Origin: Mobula birostris
Lineage: Eukaryota
NCBI RefSeq assembly: GCF_030028105.1
Contig: NC_092379.1
Span: 22,807,130-22,871,129 of the forward strand
DNA length: 64,000 nucleotides
Direction of reading: 5' to 3'
The notes under the pieces were generated by a model. The model was not told the DNA's origin and made no database searches. It saw only the letters and a program-made list of their open reading frames with translations. A program made the translations under genes and the position numbers. Of the stretch, positions 46,711 through 60,394 are shown one piece after another (within the stretch, counting starts at the first letter, position 1; each line of letters starts with the position of its first letter).

Positions 46711-46781
46711 GTACCTCCTCCGAGAGATGCTGCCTGGCCTGCTGCGTTCATCAGCAACTTTGATGTATGGTACTTTAACCC

Positions 46782-47620
46782 TGCGTGCCCAAACCTCAGT
46801 CTCGATATTATCACCTCCCCCTTCCTACTCTTTCCTGCATTCCTAAGCTACCCCACTTCTCTCTGGATACCATTTTAAATTGAAATAAGGTTTGTATTAT
46901 CCCACATACAACCTCTGGTTTTCCCACTGAATGCAAATCTTTTAGACTCTGGATTGTTGTGCTTGAATCAGACAATATTACAACTCGCATGGTCTCATTT
47001 TCTCCACCCACTGCAAAGCCAATAGTCCAGTTGTCATTTCACCTGTATACACTGAGAAATCATCATTTATCCTCTCCTGCATTTTCATGTTAAAATCAGG
47101 CACTACCAATCCTACCCCTAATCTACAACAGTGTTACCGTTTTTGAAACATCTGTGTAAATTTGTAAATATCCCTAATTATTATTATTTACATAACATTC
47201 AACTATATCTTGATTTAAGTAGACTTCTCTACTTTTCCATCTCTTTCTGAATAATTTAGGATCCACCTCTGGTGCTTCACACAGTCATGGAGTCAGCCCA
47301 GGAAAAGACACTGTATCACTCAGGGCCTTATTACTAATTCCTGTCATTTCTGCTTTCCCTTCAATAGTCCGTGCAAAATCTATTAATTTCCTTCTTTCCT
47401 TTTCCCAGCATCGATCTAAAACCTGTTAACTTGGATGATTTTCTCCAGGCCCTTGTACGTTTACCCAATATGTTAACACAAGCTGTGATCTTCTCAGTTC
47501 CAGAGGTGTCTCTCCCAACTCCACCTGCATTGCCACCACTGGTGTTGTCCTCATTGCCCCACTGATTAACCTTACTTTCTTACTTTGGGTTTTTATTTCT
47601 TTAATACATGTTGACCATGT
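46782..47620 (-). mobile_element. I/Nimb-like LINE remnant with RNase H domain
   Basis: Minus ORF 46811-47011 (VVILSDSSTTIQSL...VVCGIIQTL) resembles the non-LTR RNase H motif. Heavily deleted. Confidence 0.5.
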
Positions 47621-47699
47621 GAGTTTTTTATCAAACCCAATTCCTAAAAATTTAAAAGGGTCCGCAGTTTCTAATTTTAATCGATAATCAATTAAATGT

Positions 47700-48760
47700 A
47701 GAGATAAGGCTGAGGATCGAGTTGTTGATTTTCAAACAAAGGCAGTCTTTAGTGAGACTGCTGGCAAGTCGAGGCTGATGACAGGGCAAAACTGCAGTCA
47801 ATGGGATGCAAAAGGGGGCCAAAAATCAAAAAGAGGTGATGAATACTGGATTGAAAGTGTTATCTTTGAATTCAGACAGTATACAGAATAAGATAGATTA
47901 ACTTGTAGCACAGCTACAGATTGGCATGTATGACAGTGTGGGCATCACTGAATTGTGGCTGAAAGAAGATTATAGTTGGGAGCTTGATATCCAGGGATAC
48001 ACATTGTATCCAAAGGACAGGCAGGTTGGCAGAAGGCGAGGTGTGCCTGTGTTGGCAAAAAAAATTGTGGTGTGCCTGTGTTGGCAAAAAATTAAATGAA
48101 ATCATTCAAAAGAGGTGACATAGGATGGGAAGGTGTAGAAAAATTCAGGGTATACCAAGGAGTATTATGGTTAAGGGTGATGAAATGAGAGCATGGATCA
48201 GTACATGGAACTACAATGTTGTAGCCATTACTGAAATTTGGTTGAGAAAGGGGCAGGAATGGGTGATTAATGTACCAGGTTTTTGAAGTTTTAGAAAAGA
48301 TAGAGGAGGAGATAAAGTGGGGGTATTGCATTAACAGTCAGGGACAATATCACAGCTGCACGCGGAGGAGACATAATGGCGGGGTCAGAAACTGAGTCCA
48401 TTTGAGTGAAACTCAAGAACAGGCAGGGTACAATCACACTGATGGGATTGAACTTGGGGACGCAGCCTCAAGATTTGGGGGAGTAGATTTAGGATGGAAA
48501 TGAGGAGGAACTGTTTATCCCAGAGAGTGGTGAATCTCTGTGAATTCAATGCCTAATGAAGCAGTGGAAGCTACCTCAGTAGATATATTTATGACAAGGT
48601 TGGATAGATTTTTGCATAGTAGTGGAATTAAGGATCATGGGGAAAAGGCAGGTCTGTGGAGATGAGTCCATGGCCAGATCAGCCATGATCTTATTGAATG
48701 GCAGAGCAGGCTCAACGAGCCAGATGGCCTACTCCCATATATTTCTAATCCTGGGAAATC
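47700..48760 (+). mobile_element. Decayed CR1 endonuclease and 3' UTR fragments
   Basis: GITELWLKE-like and AITEIWLR-like peptides; CR1 3' UTR at 48500-48760. Confidence 0.75.
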
Positions 48761-50290
48761 CATTCCCGCTATTTTATCTTTGTTGGCTCAGTTTAGAAAT
48801 TTTTCTGGTTATAAGTTCCTATTTATGGATGTTTACCATTTAAATTGGTCACCAACTTTTTTACATGTTTGGGGGTTAATAGTACGAAAAAGTATAAGGA
48901 TTTATTTAAGGCAAATTTTTTACCTTTAATTGATCAGGTTAAACTTTTGTTTACTAAATGGTCACCAACGTCTCTGTCATTGATCGGTCGGATCAATGCT
49001 ATCAAGATGATTATTTTGCCTAAATTTTTATATTTATTTCAAGGGTTGCCGATTTTTATTCCGAAAGCCTTTTTTGATAATGTTGATTCCAAAATTTCTT
49101 CATCTATATGGCAGAACAAAAATCCTAGGTTAGGTAAAAGACATTTACAGAAATCTAAAAAGGAGGGGGGTTTAGCTTTGCCAAATTTTAGATTTTACTA
49201 TTGGGCAATTAATATTCGATATTTAAAATTTTGGTTAGCGGACGGACGTAACTTCAAGTCCACATTGGGTAAATCTTGAACGTAATTCTTTACAAGGGTT
49301 TTCACTGGGTTCTATTTTAGGGACTTTGCTTCCCTTTACTCTTTTTAAATTGTATAAACAAATGGATAACCGAATAGTAAAACATACTTGATGTATTGGT
49401 GTGGAACGCGTGCCTCAGAAGGCAGTGGAGACCAATTCTCTGGATGCTTTCAAACAGGAGCTAGATAGGTATCTTATGGATAGGGGAATCATGGGTTATG
49501 GGGACAAGCCAGGAACCGGGTATTGATTGTAGATGATCAGCCATGATCTCAGAATGGCGGTGCAGGCTCGAAGGGCCGAATGGTCCACTTCTGCACCTAT
49601 TGTCTATTGTCTATTGTATATGGTTTCAATTTTGAAAATTTTTTGTGTTGAATCAATTTATTTTGGCAAGTCCTATTATCTCTAATTTCTTCTTTCAACC
49701 CTCTATTATGGATCAAGCATATCTGGCTTGGAAAATTAAAGGAATAGTATGATTTTGTGATCTACCTTTGGATAATTGTTTCATATCCTTTGAACAATTA
49801 TCTAATAAATATAACTTGCCTCGATCCCATTTTTTTTAGATATTTACCGATTAGAAACTTTTTAAATACTGTTTCTCCTACCTTCCTGAATTTATATTCA
49901 ATGGATATTTTGGAAAAAAATTTAGATTTAAATCCTTTTCAGAAAGGTGTAATAGCAATTATTTATAATATAATTATGAAAATATGTCCAGATGTATCTA
50001 ATAAAGTTAAGACTGATAAGGAAAGGGAACTTCAGATTACTGATTGAAAAATGGGAAAAAAATTCTTCAATTAGTTAACTCATCCTCTATACGTGCTAAA
50101 CATGCGTTGATACAGTTTAAAGTAGTGCATAGGGCTCATATGTCTCAGGATAAATTAGCTCGTTATTATTCTCATATAAATCCTTAATGCGATAGATATC
50201 ACTTTGAGGTAGCTTCTTTAATTCATATTCTTTGGTCATGTCCTTTTTTGAAAAATATTGGAAAGATATTTTTGATACTATTTCAACTGA
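48760..50290 (+). mobile_element. L1-clade ORF2 3' fragment with a nested CR1 3' end (about 49395-49620)
   Basis: Peptide LSLIGRINAIKMIILPKFLYLFQ...GGLALPNF; (ctattgt)n tail near 49600-49618. Confidence 0.85.
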
Positions 50291-53200
50291 TTTTTTTATC
50301 AATAATAATCAAAAAACAAAGTGTTAAAGCTTTTTTTATGGAAAAAAGAAAGAAAGAAAAAAAGAACCCCTACTAACTAAAACAGAGAAAAACCCTAATA
50401 ATGAAAAAAAAGGGAAAAAAAATACCCATTTGGAGCACAAACCCGGAGCTATACACCGTACAAGCTTCCTTTAAAAAAAGACATCAAACCACCAACCATC
50501 AGAAAAGGACCATCTTTATTAACTCATGTCAAATGATAATAACGGGCAAAAGAACCCCACCTTTTCTCGAAGTCAAATCTAGGATCAAAAGCTTGACTTC
50601 TAATTTTTTCCCATACTAAGACATAACCTCACCTGACAGAACCATTGTATCAGAGTGGGAACAGAGGCATCTTATCATTTTAATAAAATAGCCCTTCTAG
50701 CCAATAATGTGACCAATGCAATTATGTATTGGTCAGATATAGAAATACCGTGAATATGTTGAGGAATTATACCAAACGAAACTGTCAATTTATTAGGTTG
50801 TAAATTGATTTTCAAAGCTTTAGAAATTGTAGAAAAAGTAGATTTCTAAAATTGTTTCAATACAGAACACGACCAAAACATATGCGTCAATATGGCTATC
50901 TCAGTTTTGCATCTATCACACAGACTATTTACATTAGGAAATATTTTAGACAATCTCTCCTTTGTCAAATAATAACGATGTACAATTTTAAATTGAATTA
51001 GAGAATGATTGGCACAAATCGAAGAAGAGTTAACCAGCTTCAAAATTTGCAACCAATCCTCTGTTATTAAGGTCATATTAAGCTCTCTTTCCCAATCTTG
51101 CTTAATCTTAAGTAAAGGATAATTATCCTGTTGTAATAGTAAATTATAAATTTTCCCTATAAAACCTTTCACTAAAGGGTTCATATTTAAAATAATGTCT
51201 AACAGGTCAGAGTCTTGTATATATGGAAAATTACTTAAATATTCTTGTAAGAAATGTCTGACCTGAAGATATTGCAAAAAATGTGAATATGAGAGAGAGT
51301 ATTTAGTTACTAATTTCTCAAAGGACATCAATCGTCCTTCTTGAAACAAGTCCATCAAGGAAAAAATTCCTTTATTCCACCAAAGAGAAAAGGTTGGATC
51401 ACTAAGTGACGGTTTAAATAAATAGTTTCAATAAATTAAACTAAGAAGGTTAAATTTTTTAAGATTAAAAAACTTTCAAAATTGGTACCGGATTCATAAT
51501 CATTGGTTAATCATAGGATTTATATTTAGAATAGAAATTTTGGCTAATTGTACAGGTAAAGGAGCTCCTAATAACGAAGTTAAATGAAATTGTTTCACAA
51601 TTTTCAATTCCAAATCAACCCAAGATGGTCGTTCCTTTTTATCCGTCCAATATAACCAAGAACACGCATAACGTATATTAACCGCCCAATAATACCTTCT
51701 TAAATTAGGCAAAGTAAGACCTCCATCCTTTTTTAATTTTTGTAAATGACATTTTCCAATGCTTGGTCTTTTATTATTCCAAACAAAAGATGAAATAATA
51801 GAGTCAACCTGATCAAAAAACTTCTTAGTTAAAAAAATAGGAATATTTTGAAATACATACAAAAATTTTGGTAAAATCATCACTTTCACTGCATGAATTC
51901 GACCTGCTAATGAAGTGTAAGTGGATTCCACCTAGAAAAAATTGCTTCATAAAATCCACTGAGGGAACTAAATTAGCTCTATAAAGGTCTCCATAATTTT
52001 TAGTTATGATAATACCTAAATATTTAAAAGAATACGTAACTTTTAGAGAAATGTCATCATATATAGAAGCAGAATCATTTAAAGGAAATAATTCACTTTT
52101 ATGCAGGTTTAATTTATATCCTGAAAACAATTCATATTCATTTAATAATTTCAGTAAGTTAGGAATAGATTCTTCGGGATTCGAAACATAAACCAAAAGA
52201 TCATCCGCATAAAGGGAGATCTTATGAATAGTCCCATTTATAGAAATTCCTTGAATATTTTTAGCTTCAAGAAGTGCAATAGCCAAAGGTTCCAACATCA
52301 AATTAAATAACAGAGGACTTAACGGACATCCTTTTTTCATACACCGGGAAAGTTGGAAAAAGGGGGATCTACAGTTATTAGTAATAACAGTGGCAATGGG
52401 GCTTTTATATATCAATGTAATCCATTTATTAAAATTAGTACCAAAGCTAAATTTCTTCAAAACTTTAAATATTCTCCATTCAACTCTATCAAATGCCTTT
52501 TCAGCATCTCGAGAAACAACACATTGGGAATCTTAGATAAGGATGAGTATATAATATTTAACAATCTCCAAGTGTTAGAAAAAGAATAACAGCCTTTTGT
52601 AAAACCCATTTGATCCTGAGAAATAATCTTAGCTAGTATATTCTCCATCCGATTAGCCATTGTTTTTGAAAGAATTTTGGCATCCACATTTAATAATGAA
52701 GTAGGTCTATATGAAGTACAATCAGTAGGGTCTTTATCTTTCTTAAGAATTAAAGAAATAGCAGCTTCATAAAATGTGGAAGGTAACTCTCCTAACAGGA
52801 GAGAATCTTTAAGCATTTCCAACATATAAGGAGTAAGCAAATGTTCAAGTTTTTTTATAAAATCCTACGGTAAAACCATCCAATCCAGGACCTTTACCAG
52901 ACTGCATTGAAAGAATAGCTTTCTGAATTTCTCTTTCAGTAAAAGGAGCAGCAAGAATTTGCTAATTTTCAACAGATATTCCAGGAAAATCAATCTTTTG
53001 TAAAAAGGCAAACATATTAGAAGGGTCAGCTGGAAACTGAGAGTTATAGAGTTAACTATAATAGTCTTGAAAATTTTTATTAATATCTTCATAATTACAA
53101 GCTAAACTACCATCTCCCTTACGAATTTTAAAAATTTGTCTTTTAGCTCTAACTGCTTTAAGTTGAGATGCTAATAGCTTGTTACTTTTATCTCCAAACA

Positions 53201-54440
53201 TATAAAATTGACTTTTTAATTTAAGCAAATTTCTTTCAATAGGATAAGTTAATAGTAAATTATATTGTGATTTAAGTTCAACCCTTTGTTTAAATAAATC
53301 AACATTAGGAGAAACTGCATAAGAATTATCCAGATCTTCAATTAGTTTGGAAATTCTATCTAGCTCTATTTTTGTCTGTTTCTTGAGTTTAGCCAAATAA
53401 GATATTATTTGACCTCGCAAATATGCTTTGAGTGTATCCCATATAATCAATTTCGAGACATCTCCCGTATTATTAAGAAGGAAGAAATCTTTTATCTGAA
53501 TCTCTATAAATTTAACAAAGTCCGAACTTTGTAATAAATTTTCTGGAAAGCGGCAAGGCAAGTTTACATAACTAACATCATTTAACTCAAAAGTTAAGCT
53601 TAAAGGCGCATGATCCGAGACTGCAATAGCATCATATTCACATTTCTGGACTTTGGACAAAAATCGGAAATCGGCTATAAAATACTCAATTCTCGAATAT
53701 TTATTATGAACATATGAATAAAAATAATAATCCCTGTCATTAGGATGTAAATTTCCCTAGATTTCTATCAGAACATAATCAATTAAAAAATTAATAAGTG
53801 TTGCCGAACGACTCGGAAGCGGCTGATTGGTTGAACTCTTGTCAATCAAAGAGTTTAAACAACAGTTGAAGTCACCTCCCATCAGCAGCATATATTCATT
53901 TAAGTCTGGTAATAAACCAAATACATTTCTTAAAAAAGGATCATCTACATTAGGTCCGTATAGATTGACCAGGACAATTTTTCTATTACAAATTGTTTCT
54001 TTAATAATTAAAAATCTACCATTATTATCTGAGAAAATGTCTTCTTGAATAAAAAAAATATTAGAGTCAATAAAAATAGATACTCCCTTTGTTTTATTTT
54101 GACAGGTAGCATGGTATTGCAGACCCTTCCATGTTTTAAAAAATCTATTTTGATCGCCCGTTCTGATACACGTTTCTTGAGCAAAAATTATATCGGGCTG
54201 GAATCGATTAAAAACTTTAAATGTCTTCTTTCGCTTAATAGGGTGATTCCAGCCACGTACATTCCAACTAACAACGTTTATCTGTTTAAGTACCATTGGA
54301 TATTATTCTTAAACACAATACACGCAGACCACCGCGGGCTAATCAAAGATGGCGGGGATGAATAGAACCAAATAGAAAACGCGCATGCTCCGGAACTCCG
54401 TAATGGGAAAAAATACAGAAAATGTGTGAAAAAAATCCCA
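50290..54440 (-). mobile_element. L1-clade LINE spanning all of ORF2 (endonuclease, RT, C-terminal Cys motif), multiply frameshifted; no ORF1 seen
   Basis: ATG at 54296 (MVLKQINVVSWNVRG), GGDFN, SLYADD, SGYKLNLHKSE, CDRCK...HMFWSC; 3' UTR near 50290-50570. Confidence 0.93.
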
Positions 54441-55110
54441 CAATAAACTGTTCTGAATATTGATTTACAACCTCACCCTATTACTGCAGTTTTTTGGGTT
54501 ATCATTGACAGAATCAAGTCATTTAACCTCTTCAGCTCGTCGGATGATTGCATTTCTTACATTGATGGCTAGAAGATCCATTTTGCTGAATTGGGAAGAA
54601 ATTGATTCTCCCACCACGTTTCATTGGTTCTCTCAAACTATGTTGTGTTTAAACTTAGAAAAAATTAGCAGTGTTATTTATGATCCCTCTACTAAATTCG
54701 AAAAGACTTGGAGGCCATTTGTTCAACATTTCCATATGTTGTAATTTGACCTTTTCCAAATGTATTCTATTTCTTTTTAATATATGTCGAGAGGAGCGGA
54801 GTCGCCGACACTAATGGTTCCTTTTTTTGATATTACATAACAGCCCATGTCTTTTTTTTCTTAGTTTGGTTGATTAACACTGTTTAGGTTAGTTTTTCTA
54901 TTGGGGTATATTTTTATATATTTTTTTCCTTTTTCATGATTTTATTTCTATTTTTTTTGTACATTATATTTGTATCCTCTATGATTGGGAGGTTTAATAC
55001 CCATGTGTCAACTGGGTTTATATTCAACTATGTTAATTATAACAATGTAATCCCAATAACTTTGTATCAATACTATGGTATGTTTATCATTATGAAACCA
55101 ATAAAAAGAT
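54440..55110 (+). mobile_element. L1-clade 3' end with A-rich tail
   Basis: Peptide ARRSILLNW...KFEKTWRPF; aataaaaagattgaaaaagaaaga near 55100. Confidence 0.8.
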
Positions 55111-55724
55111 TGAAAAAGAAAGATGGCCTACTCCTGCTCCTATGTGTTATGTACGACAGACCCCCTAATAGCCACCAGGACACTGAGGAACAGGTATGTA
55201 ATCTGATTAAGGAAATGTGTAAAAATAATAGGGTTGTTGTCATGGGCATTTTAAAATTTCCACATATAAACTGGGACCTTCTTAGGTTAAGGGTTTCAGA
55301 TGGGGCTGAATTTATTCGGTGCATCCAGGAAGGTTTCTCAAATCAGTATGTGCATGGTCCAATGAAAGTAGGGGCCATACTGTACCTGGTGTCGGGTAAT
55401 GAGCCTGACCAGGGAACTGATCTTTCAGTGGATGAAGTGTGACCACAACTCCTAATCTTTCAGGAAGTTTCAGACTACTGTGCTGTTCCATGCCCTCACT
55501 TTGGGAAGTCAGATCATCTGGTTGTACTTCTACTCCCTGAATATAGGCAGAGACTGAAGACTGCAGCACCAGTCGTGAGGACCAAGAAGGTATGGACCAG
55601 GGAAGTACAGGAGTGCTTACAGGACTGCTTTGAATCGGTGGTCTGGACCGTATTCAGGGATTCATATTTGAATCTGGACTAGTATGCTTCAGTTGTTAGG
55701 GACCTCATTCAAACCTGTGTGGAT

Positions 55725-58540
55725 TTTTCAAGATTTTTATACTGAACTTTATAACTCTGTCCAGTAGATTCTTCTAAAATTAATGCTTTCTTACGAAAGA
55801 TTGCCTTTCCTCAAATTTCTGTTGAGGATCAAAAATCTCTTGATGCCCAAATTACTGAAGCCAAAATTTATAAAGCTATTTTCTCAATGCAATCTGATAA
55901 GGCCCCTGGACGTGATGGCTATCCTGTAGAATTCTATAAAAAATTTGGAAAATTGCATTCTCCATATATGTTGGAATTGTTTAAGGATTCACTTGTGAAA
56001 GGTGATTTACCCTCTACTTTTTATGAGGCTTCTATTTCTTTAATTATTAAAAGGGATAAAGATCCTACTGATTATGCCTCATATAGACCTATTTAATTAT
56101 TGAATGTCAATGCTAAGATTCTGTCAAAGTTAATTGCCATTATTTTTAAAGATCAAACAGGCTTTATAAAGGGTCGTTATTCTTTTTCGAATGTTTGGAG
56201 ATTATTTAACATCATATATTTGTCCTCTTTTAAAACTCCACAATGCATCGTCTCTTTGGATGCTGAAAAAGCGTTCGATCAAGTCGAATAGAAATATTTA
56301 TTTAATGTTTTAGAGAAATTTGTCTTTGGTATTAATTTTAATAATTGAATTAGAATGATATATAAAACTATTGCTACTGTTATTACTAATAACTGTAGAT
56401 CCCCTTTTTTCAGCTTTCACGGGGCACAAGACAAGGTTGTCCATTAAGTCCTTTGTTATTTAATTTAATACTAGAACCCCTTGCTATTGCTCTTCGTGAA
56501 GCTAAAAATATCTTTGGGAATTTTGTGAATGAGACCATTCATGAGATTTCTCTTTATGCTGATGATTTAATGGTTTATATATCCAATCCCGAGGAATCTA
56601 TTCCTGCCTTGCTAAAATTATTTAATGAATTTGGAGATTTTTCAAGATATAAAATAAAATTTAGTAAAAGTTAACTCTTTCCTTTAAATGAAACAGTTTC
56701 TATATATGATAATACTCCCTTCAAAGTCACAGATTCCTTTAGATATTTAGGGGTTATAATCACTAAAAAATATAAGGATCATTATAAAGCTAATTTTGTT
56801 CCCTTGGTGGATTCTATGAAGTATTTATTTAGTAGATGGAACCCACTTACCTTTTCACTTGTTGGTCGCATACATATAGTCAAAATCATGATTTTACCAA
56901 AATTTTTATATTTATTTCAGAATATCGCTGTTTTTCTGACTAAGAAGTTTTTTGATTGGATTGATTTTATTATTTTATCTTTTATTTGGAATAATAAAAG
57001 ACCAAGAATTAGTAAATGTCACTTACAAAAGTTGAAAAAGGATGGAGATCTCGCTTTGCCTAATATAACAATGTATTACTGGGCTGTTAATGTGCGATAT
57101 ATGACCTTTTGGTTACACTGGGTTGATAAGAACGATCGGGCAATTTGGGTAGACTTGGAATTGAAAGCTGTGAAACAGTTTTATTTGACCTCGTTATTGG
57201 GAGCTGCTTTACCTATACAATCAGCTAAAGTTGCTAATTTAAATTTATACCCTGTGATTAAGCATTCTTTACAAATTTGGCTCCAGTTCTGCAATTTTTT
57301 TAATCTTAAAAAATTTAAACTTTGTAGTTTAATTTATCAAAATGTGTTTTTTAAGCTTTCTTTGAGTGATCCAATTCTTTTTACTTTGGAAAAATAAAGG
57401 TATTAATTCTTTTTCTGGATTTATTTAAAGAATATAGACTGATGTCTTTTGAACAATTAGTTGATAAATATTTTCTTTCATACTCACACTTTTTACAATA
57501 TCTTCAAGTTAGACATTTCTTACAAAAATATTTAAGTAATTTTCCTTACATATTGGATGCCGACCTGTTGGATACTATTACGAGTATGAACCCTTTGATG
57601 AAGGGTTCCATTGGAAGAATTTATAATTTATTATTACAATGGGATAAGCATTCTTTATTTAAGATTAAACAAGATTGGGAAAAGGAACTTAATTTGACTT
57701 CTATGAAGGAGGATTGGACGCGGATTCTGAAATTGGTTAACTCTTCTTCGATCTGTGCCAGTCATTCACTGATTCAATTTAAAATTGTACGTCATTACTA
57801 TTTGATGTAGGAGAGATTGTCTAAGGAGTTTCCTAATGTTGATAGTTATTGCGATAGATGTAAAACTGAGACAGCTACACTGACACACATGTTTTGGTCT
57901 TGTTCTAGACTGGAACAGTTCTGGAAGTTTTTTTCTACAATTTCTAAAGCACTTAAAATTAATTTACAAGCTAACAAATTAACTGTGCTTTTTGGAATAA
58001 TCCCTCAAAATATCCACGGTATCTTTTTGTCTGACCAACATGGTACTGCATTTGTTACATTAATAGCTAGGAGGGCCATTATGTCGAAGTGGAAGGATAC
58101 ATCGGCTCCCATTTTGTCACAATGGTTCTCTCAAGAGATGCTATGTCTTAGTTTGGAGAAAATTAGAAGTCGAACCTTTGAACCTATGTTTGATTTTCAG
58201 AAAAGATTGGGTTCATTTGCACACTGCTATCATTTGAGTTAATTGATAGATTTTCTCCACGATCTGATTGTAAATTTTTGGTACATTTTTTTTCTTGCTG
58301 GCAGTTTGATGTTTATCTTTAGAAGCTTTCTGTATGACACACGGCTCCAGGGTTGAACACCTAATGGTTTTTCCCTCACTTTTCCTTGCTTAGGGGTTTT
58401 ATTCTCTTTTCTCATCACCAAAATTTTTTCAATCTTTAAAACTATTTTTTTTTTGTAAGACATTGTAAGTGTTGCCTACTTCGATGTACTCTTGTTAATT
58501 TTGGATAATAATAAGATTTGAAAAGAAAGAATTGCTGTTT
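55725..58540 (+). mobile_element. L1-clade ORF2 (RT to 3' UTR), 5'-truncated and dead
   Basis: Peptides KAPGRDG, SLDAEKAFD, RQGCPLSP, SLYADD and CDRCK...HMFWSC; in-frame TAG near 57808. Confidence 0.92.
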
Positions 58541-59445
58541 ATTGCCAAACATGAAGCCATGGATGAACCAGGAGGTACGTTGTCTGCTGAAGGCTGGATC
58601 TGTGTCATTCAAGGCTGGCGACCCGGATCTGAAGCAGAAAACCTGTTGTGACTTATGGAGGCTATTTCAAGGGCAAAGAGACAATTTTGAGCGAGGTTGG
58701 TGGCAACATCGGATGTACAACGACGCTGGCAGGGTTTGCAAGACATTACTTTCCACAAAGCAAAACCCAAAAGCATGAATGGCAGCGATGCTTCACTACC
58801 AGATGAACTTAACGTCTTCTATGCCCACTTTGAAAGGGAGAATATAACTACAGCTGCAAAGATCCCCGAGATCTCTGTCTCAGAGGCCGATGTTAAACTG
58901 TTTTTAAAGAGGGTGAACCCTCTCAAGGCGTAAGGCCCTGATGATCTACCAGGTAAGGCTCTGAAAACTTGTGCCGTCCAACTGGTGAGAATATTCAAGG
59001 ACATTTTCAACCTCTCACTGCTATGGGAGAAGTTCCCACTTGCTTCAAAAAGGCAACAATTATACCAGTGCCTAAGAAGAATAATGTGAGCTGCTGTTAT
59101 GACTATCGCCCAGTTACACTCATATCTGCAGTGATGAAATGCTTTAAGAGGTCAGTCATGACGAGATTGAACTCCTGCCTCAGCAAGGACCTGGATCCTC
59201 CACAGTTTGCCTATTGCCACAATAGATCAACGGCAGACGCAATCTCAATGGCTCTTCACACGGTCTTGGACCACCTGGACAATACAAACACCTATTTCAG
59301 GATGCTGTTCATCGACTGTAGCTCAGCATTTAACACCATCATTCCCACAATCCTGACTGATATGTTCCAGCACCTGGCCCTCTGTACCTCCCTCTGCAAT
59401 TGGATCCTTGACTTCCTAACCAGAAGACCACAATTGGTGATAATA
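58540..59445 (+). mobile_element. Rex1/Babar RT fragment
   Basis: Peptide [16 protein letters not shown]...DYRPVTL...[12 protein letters not shown]. Confidence 0.88.
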
Positions 59446-59769
59446 TCTCACCTGTGGCCCCTTTAAGTCATATGTTTTGCTCTTGTATAAAGCTAGGTAA
59501 CTTTTGGAGAGATGTTTTTAAAACGCTACCAAAAGTCTTGGATCTGGACCTACAACGTAATTTACTTAAGGCCATCTTTGGGATTATCCCACTGGAAGCA
59601 GGAACTATTCACGTTTCTGCTCAACGTACGATAGCCTTTTCAACTTTATTGGCCAGGAGAGCCATTTTATTGAAGTGGAGGGACTCTAATCCACCTACTG
59701 TCTTTTTTGGCATTCCTCTATTATGTCCTGTTTTAGTTTAGAGAAAATAAGTAGTCAGACATTTGATAC

Positions 59770-60390
59770 AGCCTTTTAATTTAAATTAAATAATCTTAAA
59801 TAAAGGATGCTTATCCCATTGTAATAATAAATTATAAATTCTTCCAATGGAACCCTTCATCAAAGGGTTCATACTCGTAATAGTATCCAACAGGTCGGCG
59901 TCCAATTTGTAAGGAAAATTACTGAAATATTTTTGTAAGAAATGTCTAACTTGAAGGTATTGTAAAAACTGTGAGTATGAAAGAGAATATTTATCAACTA
60001 TTTGTTCAAAAGACATCAGTCTATCTTCTTTAAATAAATCCAGAAAAAGAATTAATACCTTTATTTTTCCAAAGTAAAAAAATTGGATCACTCAAAGAAA
60101 GCTTAAAAAATTAATTTCGATAAATTAAACTACAAAGTTTAAATTTTTTAAGATTAAAAAAATTGCAGAACTGGAGCCAAGTTTGTAAAGAATGCTTAAT
60201 CACAGGATATGAATTTAAATTAGCAACTTTAGCTAATTGTATAGGTAAAGCAGCTCCCAATAACGAGGTTAAATAAAACTGTTTCACAGCTTTCAATTCC
60301 AAGTCTACCCAAATTGCCCGATCGTTCTTATTAACCCAGTGTAACCAAAAGGACATATATCGCACATTAACGGCCCAGTAATACATTGTT
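59770..60390 (-). mobile_element. Inverted near-copy of the L1 segment at about 57067-57665
   Basis: Near-identical peptides (WVDLELKAVKQFYLTSLLGAALPIQ; LLDTITSMNPLMKGSIGRIYNLLLQWDKH). Confidence 0.9.
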
Positions 60391-60394
60391 ATAG

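Noticed and set aside
48040-48092. Direct repeat gtgtgcctgtgttggcaaaaa x2
   Set aside because: It is a small slippage duplication within a decayed CR1 with only two units, not an array.
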